The notes: generated from the sequence alone by a model not told the origin. A DNA stretch of 64,000 nt from Methanoregulaceae archaeon (GCA_015660885.1 JACTUB010000004.1:62070-126069), one strand, 5' to 3'. Shown: positions 49,417 to 60,081, counted from the first letter of the stretch. A program made the numbers and translations.

Positions 49417-51398
49417 AAGAGATCGAAGATGTATTAAAGAAAACCAGTGAAGGGAATTTTTCTGTCCGCATCGACGAGAATACCGTGGATGCCGGATTGA
49501 AACCAGTTGCACAGATGCTGAACCAGACACTTGCCAGGGCAGCGCTGGCACAGGAATTAAAGCATCGTGCTGACGTGATGATCCAATACAATCCAATGGC
49601 AATCGCCATATTGAGAAAGGATAAAACCAGGATTCATATAAACAAAGCCTATGAAACAATCTGGCGCGGAACCCGTGAAGAACTCTTAAAAAAGAAACTC
49701 ACTGATTTTGACATTACCATCCTTTCCGGGGAACATTTTTACTCCTGTTTCGAGACAAAAAAACTTGCAGTCACCGACTGCCTGGTAACGTTCCCGGACG
49801 GCATCAAGAAATACCTGAAGCTCAATGCCATTCCTATTCTCACCAAAACCGGCGAAGTGGATGGCGCTTTCTACATATGGGTCGACTACACGGAGCTGCA
49901 CGAAAAGATGGATGCAGTAAAAAAAGTTGAGCAGCGGGTCGACAGAATCATCCAGGAGAACCCGTTCCCTCTCTTCACAATCGATCCTGACCTCAATGTG
50001 AAAATTTCCAACATGTCGTTCCTGTCGCTTACCGGTTATTCCCGGGAGCAGGTAATATCCCTGTCGATGAAAAACTTCAAATACCTCAAGAACAAGGGAG
50101 GTACCGTCGAGGGGACAATAAAATCCAAGAAACGCAGCCAGGGTGAATCCGTCATAGAATTTCCCAGTGGCACGTTCAATCTTGAATGGTATTATATACC
50201 CCTGCTTGACGAAGACAGCAACGTCGATTCCCTGCTGGTCGTGTTCAACAACATCACCGACCGGATTAAAAAAGAGAGAGAAGTCAAGCAGCTGATGGAG
50301 GAATCGCAGAAAAAAGCAGAGGCGCTCTCGGCAAGTGCCGTAGTGCTGGAAAGCGGGCTTGAAAGAATTGCAAAAGGAGACCTTACGTTCCATGCCCCGC
50401 TTGTTGACGGTGATCCGTTAGCCAAGCTGAAAAAGGATTACAATGCTTCGATCGATTCAATCAGGAAGGTTATCGAGGAGCTGGAAAAATCCATAAAACA
50501 GATTGAAGTGACTACCCAGGAAACAAGCCGCGGCACGACAGAAATCTCCAAATCAACCGAACAGGTTGCTATCGGTACACAGAAATCTGCTGATGGTGCA
50601 AAAAAACAGCTTAACGAGGTTGAAAAGGTCGGCAAAGAGATCTCCGATCTCTCCGCTTCCATTGAAGAAATTGCCAGCACGTCTCAGGATCTGATGAGTC
50701 ACGCGCAGAAGGCAGCGATGGAAGGAAACCAGGCATCCGAACTGGGCAAGATAGCAACTGCCAAGATGACGATGGTGGAGAAAATTGCGGGTGAGAGTGT
50801 AAGCGAGATCACGGCACTCAACGAGCGGATGAAAGAGATCTCCAATATCGTGAAGATGATCGCTGACATATCCAGCCAGACTAACCTCCTTGCATTGAAT
50901 GCAGCAATCGAGGCTGCGCGGGCCGGCGAGCATGGGCGCGGGTTTGCAGTTGTCGCGGGTGAAGTCCGAAACCTCGCCGGTGAGTCCAAATCCGCAACAA
51001 ACCATATCGAGAGTCTCATCGGTTCCATTCAGGACAACAGCGATAAAACCGCTGCCGCGATTAAAAGCTCGTATACTGAAATTCAGGCCGGAATCGAGAG
51101 TGTAAATAAGACCATCGAAGCCTTAAACCGGATTATTGCCGAGTCGAATGTCGTTGCTCAGGGAGTGAGCGAGATCACGAAGGCGACCGAGGATCAGGCG
51201 GAGGCGACGACCCGCGTGGTTCACGGGATGGAACAATCCAACGCCATTACACGAGAGAATCAGGGACGGATGGAGGATATGGCAGCCCTTGCCGAGGAGA
51301 CCAGCGCCTCGACCGAAGAGATCGCAAGCGCATCTGCCGAGCTTGCAGAGCTTGCAAACCGGCTGAAAAAGTTAATGGAACAGTTCAGACTCAGGTGA
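49407..51398 (+). CDS. Soluble (TM-less) MCP: HAMP-like, PAS x2, signalling domain
   Basis: No hydrophobic TM segment; two PAS repeats; [27 protein letters not shown]. Confidence 0.94.
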   Translation: MELKEIEDVLKKTSEGNFSVRIDENTVDAGLKPVAQMLNQTLARAALAQELKHRADVMIQYNPMAIAILRKDKTRIHINKAYETIWRGTREELLKKKLTDFDITILSGEHFYSCFETKKLAVTDCLVTFPDGIKKYLKLNAIPILTKTGEVDGAFYIWVDYTELHEKMDAVKKVEQRVDRIIQENPFPLFTIDPDLNVKISNMSFLSLTGYSREQVISLSMKNFKYLKNKGGTVEGTIKSKKRSQGESVIEFPSGTFNLEWYYIPLLDEDSNVDSLLVVFNNITDRIKKEREVKQLMEESQKKAEALSASAVVLESGLERIAKGDLTFHAPLVDGDPLAKLKKDYNASIDSIRKVIEELEKSIKQIEVTTQETSRGTTEISKSTEQVAIGTQKSADGAKKQLNEVEKVGKEISDLSASIEEIASTSQDLMSHAQKAAMEGNQASELGKIATAKMTMVEKIAGESVSEITALNERMKEISNIVKMIADISSQTNLLALNAAIEAARAGEHGRGFAVVAGEVRNLAGESKSATNHIESLIGSIQDNSDKTAAAIKSSYTEIQAGIESVNKTIEALNRIIAESNVVAQGVSEITKATEDQAEATTRVVHGMEQSNAITRENQGRMEDMAALAEETSASTEEIASASAELAELANRLKKLMEQFRLR

Positions 51399-51401
51399 AA
51401 A

Positions 51402-51872
51402 ATGGCCTCAACGGTTGAAGTAGTAGAATTTGTGCTTGGAGGCGAGCGCTACGCTCTCGATATACAACTTGCACGGGAGATTGTCGAAATGATCCAGATC
51501 ACCCCCATTCCGCGTGCACCGTCTTATATTTCAGGTGTAATAAATCTTCGCGGAGAGATCACCAACATCATGAACCTCAATACCCTTCTCGACTTACCAC
51601 ACCAGGAGATACGGGATAATCAGAAGATTATCGTTCTGGTGCCGGAAGCGGTATCCGGCAGCAATGTCGGCATCATCGTCGATGATGTAATAGGAGTATT
51701 ACAGGTTGCAGAAGCGGAGATCGAACATCTGGGCGACGGGCTCGCATCTGAAGTCTCAGGTTTTGTCAAAGGCATCATCAAGGTGAAACGGGATGAGTCC
51801 GACAAAGAGAATACATGCCTTATTATCTGGATTGATATGCAGAAAGTAGTTGAAGACGTGGCAAAAAAGTGA
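51402..51872 (+). CDS. cheW: CheW (copy 2)
   Basis: VVEFVLG, ISGVINLRGEI, VGIIVDDV. Confidence 0.95.
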   Translation: MASTVEVVEFVLGGERYALDIQLAREIVEMIQITPIPRAPSYISGVINLRGEITNIMNLNTLLDLPHQEIRDNQKIIVLVPEAVSGSNVGIIVDDVIGVLQVAEAEIEHLGDGLASEVSGFVKGIIKVKRDESDKENTCLIIWIDMQKVVEDVAKK

Positions 51873-51923
51873 ACCTCATGAAAATCAAATGGCAATACAC
51901 CAGTGCAGGATAATTGACGGGAG

Positions 51924-54272
51924 ATGGAGATGACGGAAAGACCAGGGAGAAAAGCGTTATTCACCGGGGCTGATACCCCGGTACTACAAATAAGTCCTTC
52001 AGAAGAGAGTGCAACTATCAGAAAATCTGAACAAACGATCGCGGAACTCAGGCAACGGCTTGACATGATGGTCAGCAAAAATCCTGTCCCTATGCTCCTT
52101 ACCACGCCAGCATTCTCAATCGTTGAGGCAAATGCCGCTTATATCCAGATGAGCGGCATTAAAGAGAGTGATCTCCTGAAGACGAATCTTAAAAATTTCA
52201 AAATTCTCAGTCAGAAGGGAGAGGGGGCAAAGGTTGCGATCCAGGAGAAGCGGCGTTCATTCGGAGAAGTGATCGTAGAACTGCCTTCCGGAATACGAAT
52301 TCTGGAACAGTACTGTATTCCGATTATAGGACCCGACCAGGTACTATCCAGCCTGCTCTTCATCTACAATGACACAACAGAGAAGAAGAAAAGGAGTGAT
52401 GAGATTGAGCAGCTCAAGCACCGTTCCGACATGATTGTTCAGCAGAACCCGATCCCTATCCTGATGACCAACCCGGGTTTTGCTGTCATTGAGGCAAACA
52501 CGGCCTATATAAAAATGAGCGGTATTCCCCGTGAGCGTGTCATTGGGATGAGCCTTCGTGAGGTCAAAATTCTCGAGCAAAAGGGAGAAGGTGCACGGGT
52601 GGCTTTAGAGAAAAAGCAACGTGTATTCGGTGAAGTGACCGTTGAGCTCCCCAGCGGAACCCACATCCTCGAGCAGTATGTAATACCGATCCTTGACGCC
52701 AAAAATGAGATCTCCCATCTCCTTTTTGTCTACAATGAGATCACCGAACAGCGCAGGAGCCACCAGGACCTCCAGAAGAAAATGGATGAGGTTGCCCTCC
52801 TTAAACTGCGCTCTGATATCATTGTCAACCAGAATCCCATGCCAATCATGCTGATGACCACATCATTCAAGATTATGATGGTGAATGATGCGTATATCTC
52901 CATGACCGGTCTTGCAAAAGATCGGCTCATCGGTATGAGTGCCAAAGATTTCAAGATTCTCGAACAACACGGTGAAGGGCTTAAAAAAGTGCTGCAGGAA
53001 AAGAAAAGAAGTTTCGGCGAGATCAAAATTGAATTCCCCACAGGTGTCCATATCCTCAACCAGTGGGGAATTCCGATGGTTGATCCGAAAGGAAATCTTC
53101 AGACTATCGTCTGTGTATATGATGATATTACGACACAGCGCGAACAGGAATCGAAGATCAAGGCGATGATGGACGAGGCACAGACAAAAGCTGATCTCCT
53201 GACGGCAAGTGCATCTGAACTCCAGATGGCGCTCTCAAAAATTGCCTCCGGTGATCTTACGTACCAAGTGAGCATAGATGATGCCGATCCGCTGGTCAGG
53301 CTCAAAGCGGATTATAACGGGGCTGTAGGTTCGATACGGATCGTCTTATCCGATTTGGTTCAGGCGATGGTCAGGCTTGATGCCACAATCAATGACACCC
53401 TCAAGAGCACGGAAGAGATTGCAAAGGCCACGGAACAGGTTGCGATCTCGTCCCAGAAGGCAGCCGATAATTCAAAATTGCAGATCACGAATGTTGAAAA
53501 GATCTCGACTGATATTTCAGACATTTCGGCGTCAATTGAGGAGATAGCGAGCACATCTCACGAAGTGATGACGCACGCTGACAAGGCGTCAAAAGAAGGT
53601 GCACAGGCAGCAGAGATCGGCAAGGTTGCAACCACCAAGATGCAGAATGTCGAGAAGATCTCCAAACAGAGTGTTGATGATATCACCGCGTTGAACGAGC
53701 AGATGCGGGCAATCTCAAAGATCGTGAATCTTATCACTGATATTGCCAACCAGACCAATCTTCTGGCACTCAATGCGGCGATCGAGGCGGCCAGGGCCGG
53801 TGAACACGGACGCGGTTTTGCCGTGGTTGCAGGAGAGGTCAAGAACCTTGCCGGGGAATCCAAGAAAGCGAGCAGCCAGATCGAAACCCTTATAAAATCC
53901 ATTCAGGCAAAGAGCGAACAGACCTCGACATCCATGAAAAACTCCTTTGAAGAGATCAAAACGGGAATTGACAGTGTCAACAAGACCGTCGAATCGCTCA
54001 ACCTGATCATATCTGAGGCAAATATTGTTTCGCAGGGCGTCAACGAGATCACGAAGGCAACAGAAGACCAGGCACAGGCAACCAACAAACTCCTGACAGG
54101 CATCGAGTCTGTATCCTCCCTGACAAAGGACAACCAGCAGCGGATGGAAGATATGGCTGCCCTTGCCGAAGAGACCAGCGCCTCGACGGAGGAGATCGCG
54201 AGTGCGTCGGCAGAGCTCGCAAAGATGGCAGAGAACAGTCGCAAGATGATGGAGAAATTCCATCTTAATTGA
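51924..54272 (+). CDS. Soluble (TM-less) MCP: PAS x3 plus signalling domain
   Basis: Three similar PAS repeats; conserved MCP tip; no TM segment. Confidence 0.94.
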   Translation: MEMTERPGRKALFTGADTPVLQISPSEESATIRKSEQTIAELRQRLDMMVSKNPVPMLLTTPAFSIVEANAAYIQMSGIKESDLLKTNLKNFKILSQKGEGAKVAIQEKRRSFGEVIVELPSGIRILEQYCIPIIGPDQVLSSLLFIYNDTTEKKKRSDEIEQLKHRSDMIVQQNPIPILMTNPGFAVIEANTAYIKMSGIPRERVIGMSLREVKILEQKGEGARVALEKKQRVFGEVTVELPSGTHILEQYVIPILDAKNEISHLLFVYNEITEQRRSHQDLQKKMDEVALLKLRSDIIVNQNPMPIMLMTTSFKIMMVNDAYISMTGLAKDRLIGMSAKDFKILEQHGEGLKKVLQEKKRSFGEIKIEFPTGVHILNQWGIPMVDPKGNLQTIVCVYDDITTQREQESKIKAMMDEAQTKADLLTASASELQMALSKIASGDLTYQVSIDDADPLVRLKADYNGAVGSIRIVLSDLVQAMVRLDATINDTLKSTEEIAKATEQVAISSQKAADNSKLQITNVEKISTDISDISASIEEIASTSHEVMTHADKASKEGAQAAEIGKVATTKMQNVEKISKQSVDDITALNEQMRAISKIVNLITDIANQTNLLALNAAIEAARAGEHGRGFAVVAGEVKNLAGESKKASSQIETLIKSIQAKSEQTSTSMKNSFEEIKTGIDSVNKTVESLNLIISEANIVSQGVNEITKATEDQAQATNKLLTGIESVSSLTKDNQQRMEDMAALAEETSASTEEIASASAELAKMAENSRKMMEKFHLN

Positions 54273-54302
54273 GGCGGAAAAGGCCCTGCCTATTCATTTT
54301 TT
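54273..54302 (+). terminator. Weak hairpin plus T-run after the second soluble MCP
   Basis: AGGC...GCCT followed by TTTTTT. Confidence 0.3.
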
Positions 54303-54370
54303 GCCTGTGATGACCCAATGCTGTTTCCCTAGTACTACGGGCAAAAACAGGGATAATCTCAGGATTTCGT

Positions 54371-55165
54371 ATGGATAGTTTTCAAGCACTGAAAAAATTC
54401 ATTGAACAGACACTGGGAATCCAGTGTTCAAATTATAAAGAAGATTACATAAAGCGGCGCCTTCTCTCACGGATGCGATCGACCGGTAGCGCGACATATG
54501 AAGATTATCTCGGATATCTGAAAGCGAACCCGCCGGAACTGGAGAGCCTGCGTAATGCACTTACCATCAACGTTACTGAATTTTTCCGGGATAACGATGT
54601 CTATGAGTTTATGAGAAAAGATATCTTACCCGCGTTACTCAAACAAAGAAAACGGGTTCGGATATGGTGTGCCGGGTGTTCAACCGGAGAAGAGCCATAT
54701 TCCATCGCCATGATACTCTCGGAACTCCTGGCACATAACCCGGGTATTTCTGCCCAGATCATTGCAACAGATATTGACAAAGTTGTTCTTGCAAAAGCTC
54801 AGGAGGGTATCTATTCCTCAAAAGCGATGGTCAAATTATCTGAAACGCAAATCCGCCGCCATTTCACCAAGCTCCCTGATGGCAATTTCCAGGTCAAATC
54901 ACACCTTAAAGAACTGATACGGTTCCGCCCTCATGACCTGATGAGCGGTGTCCCTGTTTCCCAATGGCTTGATCTCATTACCTGCCGGAACGTAACAATC
55001 TATTTCAACGAGAAACAAAAGGACGAACTGGCAAGAATGTTCCATGGGGCACTGGTATCCAAGGGGTTCTATATTATGGGTAAAACGGAATATCTTGGAC
55101 GAACACTGGAGAATCTGTTCGAATCCTATAATTCCCTCCAGAAAATCTTTATTAAAAAGGATTGA
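54371..55165 (+). CDS. cheR: Chemotaxis methyltransferase CheR, full length
   Basis: YIKRRL N-domain; LTINVTEFFRD, WCAGCSTGEEPYS and CRNVTIYF motifs. Confidence 0.96.
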   Translation: MDSFQALKKFIEQTLGIQCSNYKEDYIKRRLLSRMRSTGSATYEDYLGYLKANPPELESLRNALTINVTEFFRDNDVYEFMRKDILPALLKQRKRVRIWCAGCSTGEEPYSIAMILSELLAHNPGISAQIIATDIDKVVLAKAQEGIYSSKAMVKLSETQIRRHFTKLPDGNFQVKSHLKELIRFRPHDLMSGVPVSQWLDLITCRNVTIYFNEKQKDELARMFHGALVSKGFYIMGKTEYLGRTLENLFESYNSLQKIFIKKD

Positions 55166-55183
55166 TGAAAGCGAAGCAACGTA

Positions 55184-55441
55184 TCAGTCAGCTTTTCGGT
55201 TGTCCTCTTCCTGCGTTTTCCGATCGAACCCCTGGACAAGGTGCCGCAGCATTTCCTTTCGTGACGCACGCAGTTTCATCTGATTATAAAGAGTGAAAAA
55301 ATTAATCCCGACAATTACAATTACGAGAAACAGGCTCACCCACAGCATCACTCCCTGTACGGAAAGAAATGCAGCCCAGAGAAGTCCGACGAATGAAATC
55401 AGGTAAAACATAATCCAGGTCCGAATTTCCGGGATCTCCAT
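55184..55441 (-). CDS. Small two-TM hypothetical protein
   Basis: 85 aa; two hydrophobic helices and a charged tail. Confidence 0.65.
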   Translation of the reverse strand: MEIPEIRTWIMFYLISFVGLLWAAFLSVQGVMLWVSLFLVIVIVGINFFTLYNQMKLRASRKEMLRHLVQGFDRKTQEEDNRKAD

Positions 55442-55663
55442 GTGGATCTCTTATTGATCAATCACCTAATAAAATATTGCCGGAATTCCTGCAGGAGTTC
55501 AGGCAAAGAGAATTTAGGGAACATTTGGCCAAAGCAGGAAATTCTTTGCGCCGGGTAGGGCCCATAGACGATGAAAGCAGGACAGGCGCATTCTATCCAC
55601 TTACAAAAAAGAATTTTTATTTAGTTCCAAAAAACATCGGGGAGAGTACATTTTCAGGGTATT

Positions 55664-56122
55664 TCACCTGCCAATTTTCTTCTTTTCAGCTTCCATATCA
55701 AGAATAATCTCAAGTTCAAGTGATTTGCCGTACGCTTCCTGGGCCTCTATGTTCCGCCCGAGCTCATCCAGACAGACCCCCTTGATGTACCAGGCAGAGG
55801 CATCATTGCCGTTCAGTGCAAGTGCCCGGGTACAGGCAACTACGGCTTCTTCATACCGTTCGAGATTATACAGCGCATGTCCTTTTTTTGACCATGCGTC
55901 AGAATAGTTTTGGTTGAGGGAAATTGCGCGCTCGCAGTCAGCAAGCGCTTCAGTGTTCCTCCCGGTCTCAATGAACACTGCTGCCCGATGATACCAGCCG
56001 GAAGGATTGCTCGGATCAAGAGCCAGAGCTCTTTCGTAATATGCAATTGCCTCCTTGTATTTCGTGCGGCTCGCATAGGCGCGCCCCTTCCGTATCAGCT
56101 CCTCGGCTTCCTTTACAGTCAC
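55664..56122 (-). CDS. TPR-repeat protein
   Basis: About four TPRs; GTG start at 56122 after GGGGGA avoids overlap with the upstream gene. Confidence 0.85.
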   Translation of the reverse strand: MTVKEAEELIRKGRAYASRTKYKEAIAYYERALALDPSNPSGWYHRAAVFIETGRNTEALADCERAISLNQNYSDAWSKKGHALYNLERYEEAVVACTRALALNGNDASAWYIKGVCLDELGRNIEAQEAYGKSLELEIILDMEAEKKKIGR

Positions 56123-56162
56123 GAATGTTCCCCCTGAGATCCTGAATATATACGGTCCATGG

Positions 56163-57191
56163 TTATCCCTGCGTGTTATCTGCTGAATGTTCTTCAATCA
56201 GATCCCCGAAGATCTTTTTCAATGCCTCATCTACATACTCCGTTTTTCTTGCCTGGGCATCCTGCAGATGTTTCGGGGGTTCCCAGACAAACCAGTCTTT
56301 CATCGACATGTAAGAGATGAAATGGTTGGTCATACGCACTCCAAGCTGGTAGATTTCATGGAAATAGTCAAGGCTGGATTCTGCATTCCAGTCTATTTTC
56401 TGCAGGTACTTTTCCATAATTTCAAGTATAGTGTCACCAAAGACCTTGGACTGGTACCACGAGGTGTGAGTCCAGCGCGTGGTAAGCATCTCTTTCACCT
56501 CGAGGTGATTGAACTTCTTCATCTGCGGGATGTTGATCACCGGCATAAGCTCATCGGCAGGAAGGGTCTTTGCCAGGTACTGGTCACGGGCATAGAACAT
56601 CGCCTTATTAAGAACAAAGTAACGCCGGGGGATGATATCTTCATATTCCATCATATCATCCATGTCTGCCTTTCCCTCTTTCATGAGATAGTAGAGCTGG
56701 GTCTTTCTTATCTGGGGCATCCGGTGATAGACACGGGCGTTGGTGATCGGGTTCCAGGGAAGCTCGTTGATATCATCATTAAAATTAGTATAGAGAATAC
56801 TGAGCATCTGGATGAGTTTTGTGACCGGGAGCTTCTTCTCTTTTTTTGCCTCATCCTTGAGAGCATCGATATAGATCTGGTGTATTCCCTGGTACACTGA
56901 ACCTCCGGTAAAGGAACAGACCAGGTACCGGGATTTTTTTGCCGCCGCTCCTTTGATAAGCAGATGCACGCAATGCCGTGCGATGATAAAATCTTTTAAA
57001 AGACCCGTGTAGTGAGCGGGGAAAAGAATGACGTTTTTTTCGATATTATAGGTATATACGTCCACCAGCGTCCCGTTCGGGTCTGCCTCAGGATTGCGAA
57101 GGAGGGCAATTTCTGTGTCAAGGATATTTTCTGTCTGGCTGACGAAGAGGCGGATTGGTTTGGACAAGGGCATCTCAGTCTTCATGATCAC
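56163..57191 (-). CDS. Conserved-looking hypothetical cytosolic protein
   Basis: 342 aa ORF with normal composition; possible degenerate zincin helix IIARHCVHL. Confidence 0.7.
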   Translation of the reverse strand: MIMKTEMPLSKPIRLFVSQTENILDTEIALLRNPEADPNGTLVDVYTYNIEKNVILFPAHYTGLLKDFIIARHCVHLLIKGAAAKKSRYLVCSFTGGSVYQGIHQIYIDALKDEAKKEKKLPVTKLIQMLSILYTNFNDDINELPWNPITNARVYHRMPQIRKTQLYYLMKEGKADMDDMMEYEDIIPRRYFVLNKAMFYARDQYLAKTLPADELMPVINIPQMKKFNHLEVKEMLTTRWTHTSWYQSKVFGDTILEIMEKYLQKIDWNAESSLDYFHEIYQLGVRMTNHFISYMSMKDWFVWEPPKHLQDAQARKTEYVDEALKKIFGDLIEEHSADNTQG

Positions 57192-57404
57192 TCACCAGAA
57201 AACGACTCAGTCTCATCGAAAAGGTTCCTCCCGGTTCAAGGTGCGGTATGTAACTTAATATACCTGATTGATTGAGTCCGGGGCGACGCTATGAGGAAAT
57301 AAAATGGAGAATTCTTTCCTACCCTCAGGGTCAAGGAGGAATTTCTTCAAAAATCCATTCAATAAATTTATTTGTTTGACATTGTAACAGTCACTGAGAT
57401 TGTT

Positions 57405-57593
57405 ATGGCTGACTTGCTTACAGATGTGTTAATTTATATCAATATCGGCATTATTACTTTTGCCATCGGCACAATTCTTGGATATCAGGTCCTGATGATG
57501 TACTATAACCGGCGGTTCATGGTAATCGCCCAGCAGTGTTCCGATGCCGAATCTGTGGTTCCCATTATTGACGAACTTGCCCGGGAGACATAA
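57405..57593 (+). CDS. Small single-TM protein (tandem paralog 1)
   Basis: 62 aa from ATG 57405; TM then YYNRRF...SVVP...E. Confidence 0.6.
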   Translation: MADLLTDVLIYINIGIITFAIGTILGYQVLMMYYNRRFMVIAQQCSDAESVVPIIDELARET

Positions 57594-57611
57594 CATACGG
57601 AGTGACAGACT

Positions 57612-57797
57612 ATGGTTGATGTAGTAAGTTATATTCTGATTAGTATCACGTGCTTCTGTTTCGGGCTGATTGTCAGTTTCCAGATGGCACATATCCACTA
57701 TTGCCGCCAGCTCACCTTTCTGGTACGACGATCAATATCCACAAAAACGATCGCTCCTGTCCTCGTCGAATATGAAGAGCGTAAACTGAGGAAGTAA
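57612..57797 (+). CDS. Small single-TM protein (tandem paralog 2)
   Basis: 61 aa; TM then HYCRQL...TIAP...E. Confidence 0.6.
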   Translation: MVDVVSYILISITCFCFGLIVSFQMAHIHYCRQLTFLVRRSISTKTIAPVLVEYEERKLRK

Positions 57798-57917
57798 TTT
57801 TAAAAACAAAGGTCGCTTTTTAATATACGCCGGTGTCGCAAAGATTTACCGTTATTTTCTGGACTTTTTGAAAAATCCCTGACAATAAGCAGGTAAAATG
57901 CGAGGTGAGCATCCTGC

Positions 57918-59687
57918 TCACTCGTCTGCGGTATAGTAATAGAATTCGCCCGATGCTTTCTGTTCCCGGTCCAGAAAGGATCCGGGCTTGTTGATCCTTG
58001 GTCTTCCGCTCTGGTCCCTGCGGAACGTAACCTCAAGCGCCTTGAGGAACCGGTTCATTCCTTCCCGCATCTTAAATGGTCCGGCTGCAGTCCCCTGCCT
58101 GCCCGGCACTCCTTCAAAGACTAATATCCGCTCACTGATCATATCGACGAGATAAATGTCATGGTCGATCACCATGATGCCTACTGCTTTTCCCTCGGCA
58201 TGGTGCTTGATCATTCTTGTCACTTTGACCCGCTGTTCAACATCAAGGTGGGCACTGGGTTCATCAAGAATGTAGAGATCGGCATCCCGGGAGAGGCACC
58301 CGGCAATTGCCACCCGCTGGAGCTCCCCCCCGCTCAGAGAATCCACCGGAGACTGGAGAATGACCTCAAGCGAGAGTGTTTCGATGATCTCATGCTGGTA
58401 AAGGGAAGAATCAAATTTTGTTGTCTGTTGGCGGAGGTATATCTCGACAGTGTCAGAAGTATCTGCCTTGATATACTGGGGTTTATAAGAAATACGCAGG
58501 GATGTTTCAATCTTTCCCGTCGAAGGAGTTTCAACGCCGGCGAGGAGTTTTGCAAACGTGCTCTTGCCCATACCATTGGCTCCGACAACCCCCAGCACCT
58601 CGCCGGCCTTGATTGTCCCTCCTGTAACACTCAGGTGAAAGGTCTCATATTCCTTCGTCATTGCCGGGATCGCAAAGAGGGTCTCCCGGTCCGAACCTTT
58701 ATCGTGAGCCCGTTTTTCAAAGATCACCTGCGTGTCCCGGAAACGGACATTCTCTTCGACAAGATACCCCTCGAGATACTGGTTGATACCTACCCGGACT
58801 CCTTTGGGACGCGTGATGATACCAAAGACAGCCGGTTTCCCGTAACCTACATGCACGGTATCTGCAAGCATGTCAAGGATCGCGAGATCGTGTTCAACGA
58901 TCACCACAGGGTGCAGGGTAGCAAGATCCCGGATCAGTTTGGCTGCTGCAATCCGCTGGTAAATATCCAGAAAAGGTGTTATTTCATCAAAAAAATAGAG
59001 ACCGGCATCCCGTGCAAGGCAGGCTGCAATCGCTACTCTCTGCAATTCCCCGCCACTTAATGTGCTAATGTCGTGATCAAGGATCGCATCGAGCTTCAGT
59101 ACCGGAAGGATTTCTGTAAGCTTTTTGCGTTCATCAGTGGTCGTTAACAGCTTCCTGACCGTACCGGAAAAAACATTGGGGATATAATCGATATACTGCG
59201 GTTTTGATGCAATTTTTATGCTCTTTTTTGAAACCGTCTGGAGATAATCAAAGAGCTCCGTACCTGCATAGCGTTTTAAAATCTCTTCCCATGCGACTTC
59301 ACTGTCGAAATTACCGAGGTTGGGGCGGAGCTGCCCGGAAAGGATCTTAACAGCAGTGCTCTTACCAATACCGTTTGCTCCGAGGATCCCTGTTACCTTC
59401 CCTTCGACCGGTATCGGCAGACCGTAGAGGGCAAACCCATTCTTCCCATACCGGTGGGTCGGGTGCTCGAGCTCTTCGGGGAGGCTTACGATGTCTATAG
59501 CGTCAAAGGGACACTTTTTTATGCAGATACCGCACCCGACACAGAGTGCTTCAGAGATGAGTGCCTTGCCGTCCTCACCAATAACAACAGTTTCATCCCC
59601 GGTGCGGACCCGTGGGCAGTAGAGTATACACTCGGTGCCGCACTTCTTTGCGTGGCAACGATCTTTGTGAACTATCGCGATTCTCAT
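57918..59687 (-). CDS. rli: ABCE1/Rli1 ribosome recycling ATPase
   Basis: N-terminal two-cluster Fe-S Cys motifs; GANGIGKS and GANGMGKS; two LSGGELQR signatures. Confidence 0.98.
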   Translation of the reverse strand: MRIAIVHKDRCHAKKCGTECILYCPRVRTGDETVVIGEDGKALISEALCVGCGICIKKCPFDAIDIVSLPEELEHPTHRYGKNGFALYGLPIPVEGKVTGILGANGIGKSTAVKILSGQLRPNLGNFDSEVAWEEILKRYAGTELFDYLQTVSKKSIKIASKPQYIDYIPNVFSGTVRKLLTTTDERKKLTEILPVLKLDAILDHDISTLSGGELQRVAIAACLARDAGLYFFDEITPFLDIYQRIAAAKLIRDLATLHPVVIVEHDLAILDMLADTVHVGYGKPAVFGIITRPKGVRVGINQYLEGYLVEENVRFRDTQVIFEKRAHDKGSDRETLFAIPAMTKEYETFHLSVTGGTIKAGEVLGVVGANGMGKSTFAKLLAGVETPSTGKIETSLRISYKPQYIKADTSDTVEIYLRQQTTKFDSSLYQHEIIETLSLEVILQSPVDSLSGGELQRVAIAGCLSRDADLYILDEPSAHLDVEQRVKVTRMIKHHAEGKAVGIMVIDHDIYLVDMISERILVFEGVPGRQGTAAGPFKMREGMNRFLKALEVTFRRDQSGRPRINKPGSFLDREQKASGEFYYYTADE

Positions 59688-59709
59688 GGGGATTCCAGAA
59701 GAGGATGTA

Positions 59710-60081
59710 TTATTTTAGTACCGGGGATAATGAAGTCAACAGGATCGTCCATGTCATGAACCAGAAGGCAAAGGTCATGAATCCCTGGTAGAACCAGTCT
59801 TTTGCACCCAGTTTCGAAGTATCCATACCCATGAATATGAAGATATGCTTCTGAAGTACGACGCCGGCAAGCATAAGCATGAATGCCAGAAAACCGTTTT
59901 GCTGGTGCCCGGCTGCATTGGGAATCCCCCCGGACCAGTACGAGAGAATACCGGTGATAATTCCAACCAGGGACGCCACAAGAGTCCGTTTAATACGGGC
60001 AACGTGTTCAGCCTGTTTTTCTGCCTTTGTCTTTTCTTTTTTTGTCAGGGCAGGTTTTTCTTCAATTGCAACTTCACTCAT
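59710..60081 (-). CDS. Three-TM membrane protein, archaeal EMC6-like
   Basis: Charged N-terminal helix, three TMs, KDWFYQGFMTFAFWFMTWT; 22 nt upstream of rli. Confidence 0.6.
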   Translation of the reverse strand: MSEVAIEEKPALTKKEKTKAEKQAEHVARIKRTLVASLVGIITGILSYWSGGIPNAAGHQQNGFLAFMLMLAGVVLQKHIFIFMGMDTSKLGAKDWFYQGFMTFAFWFMTWTILLTSLSPVLK

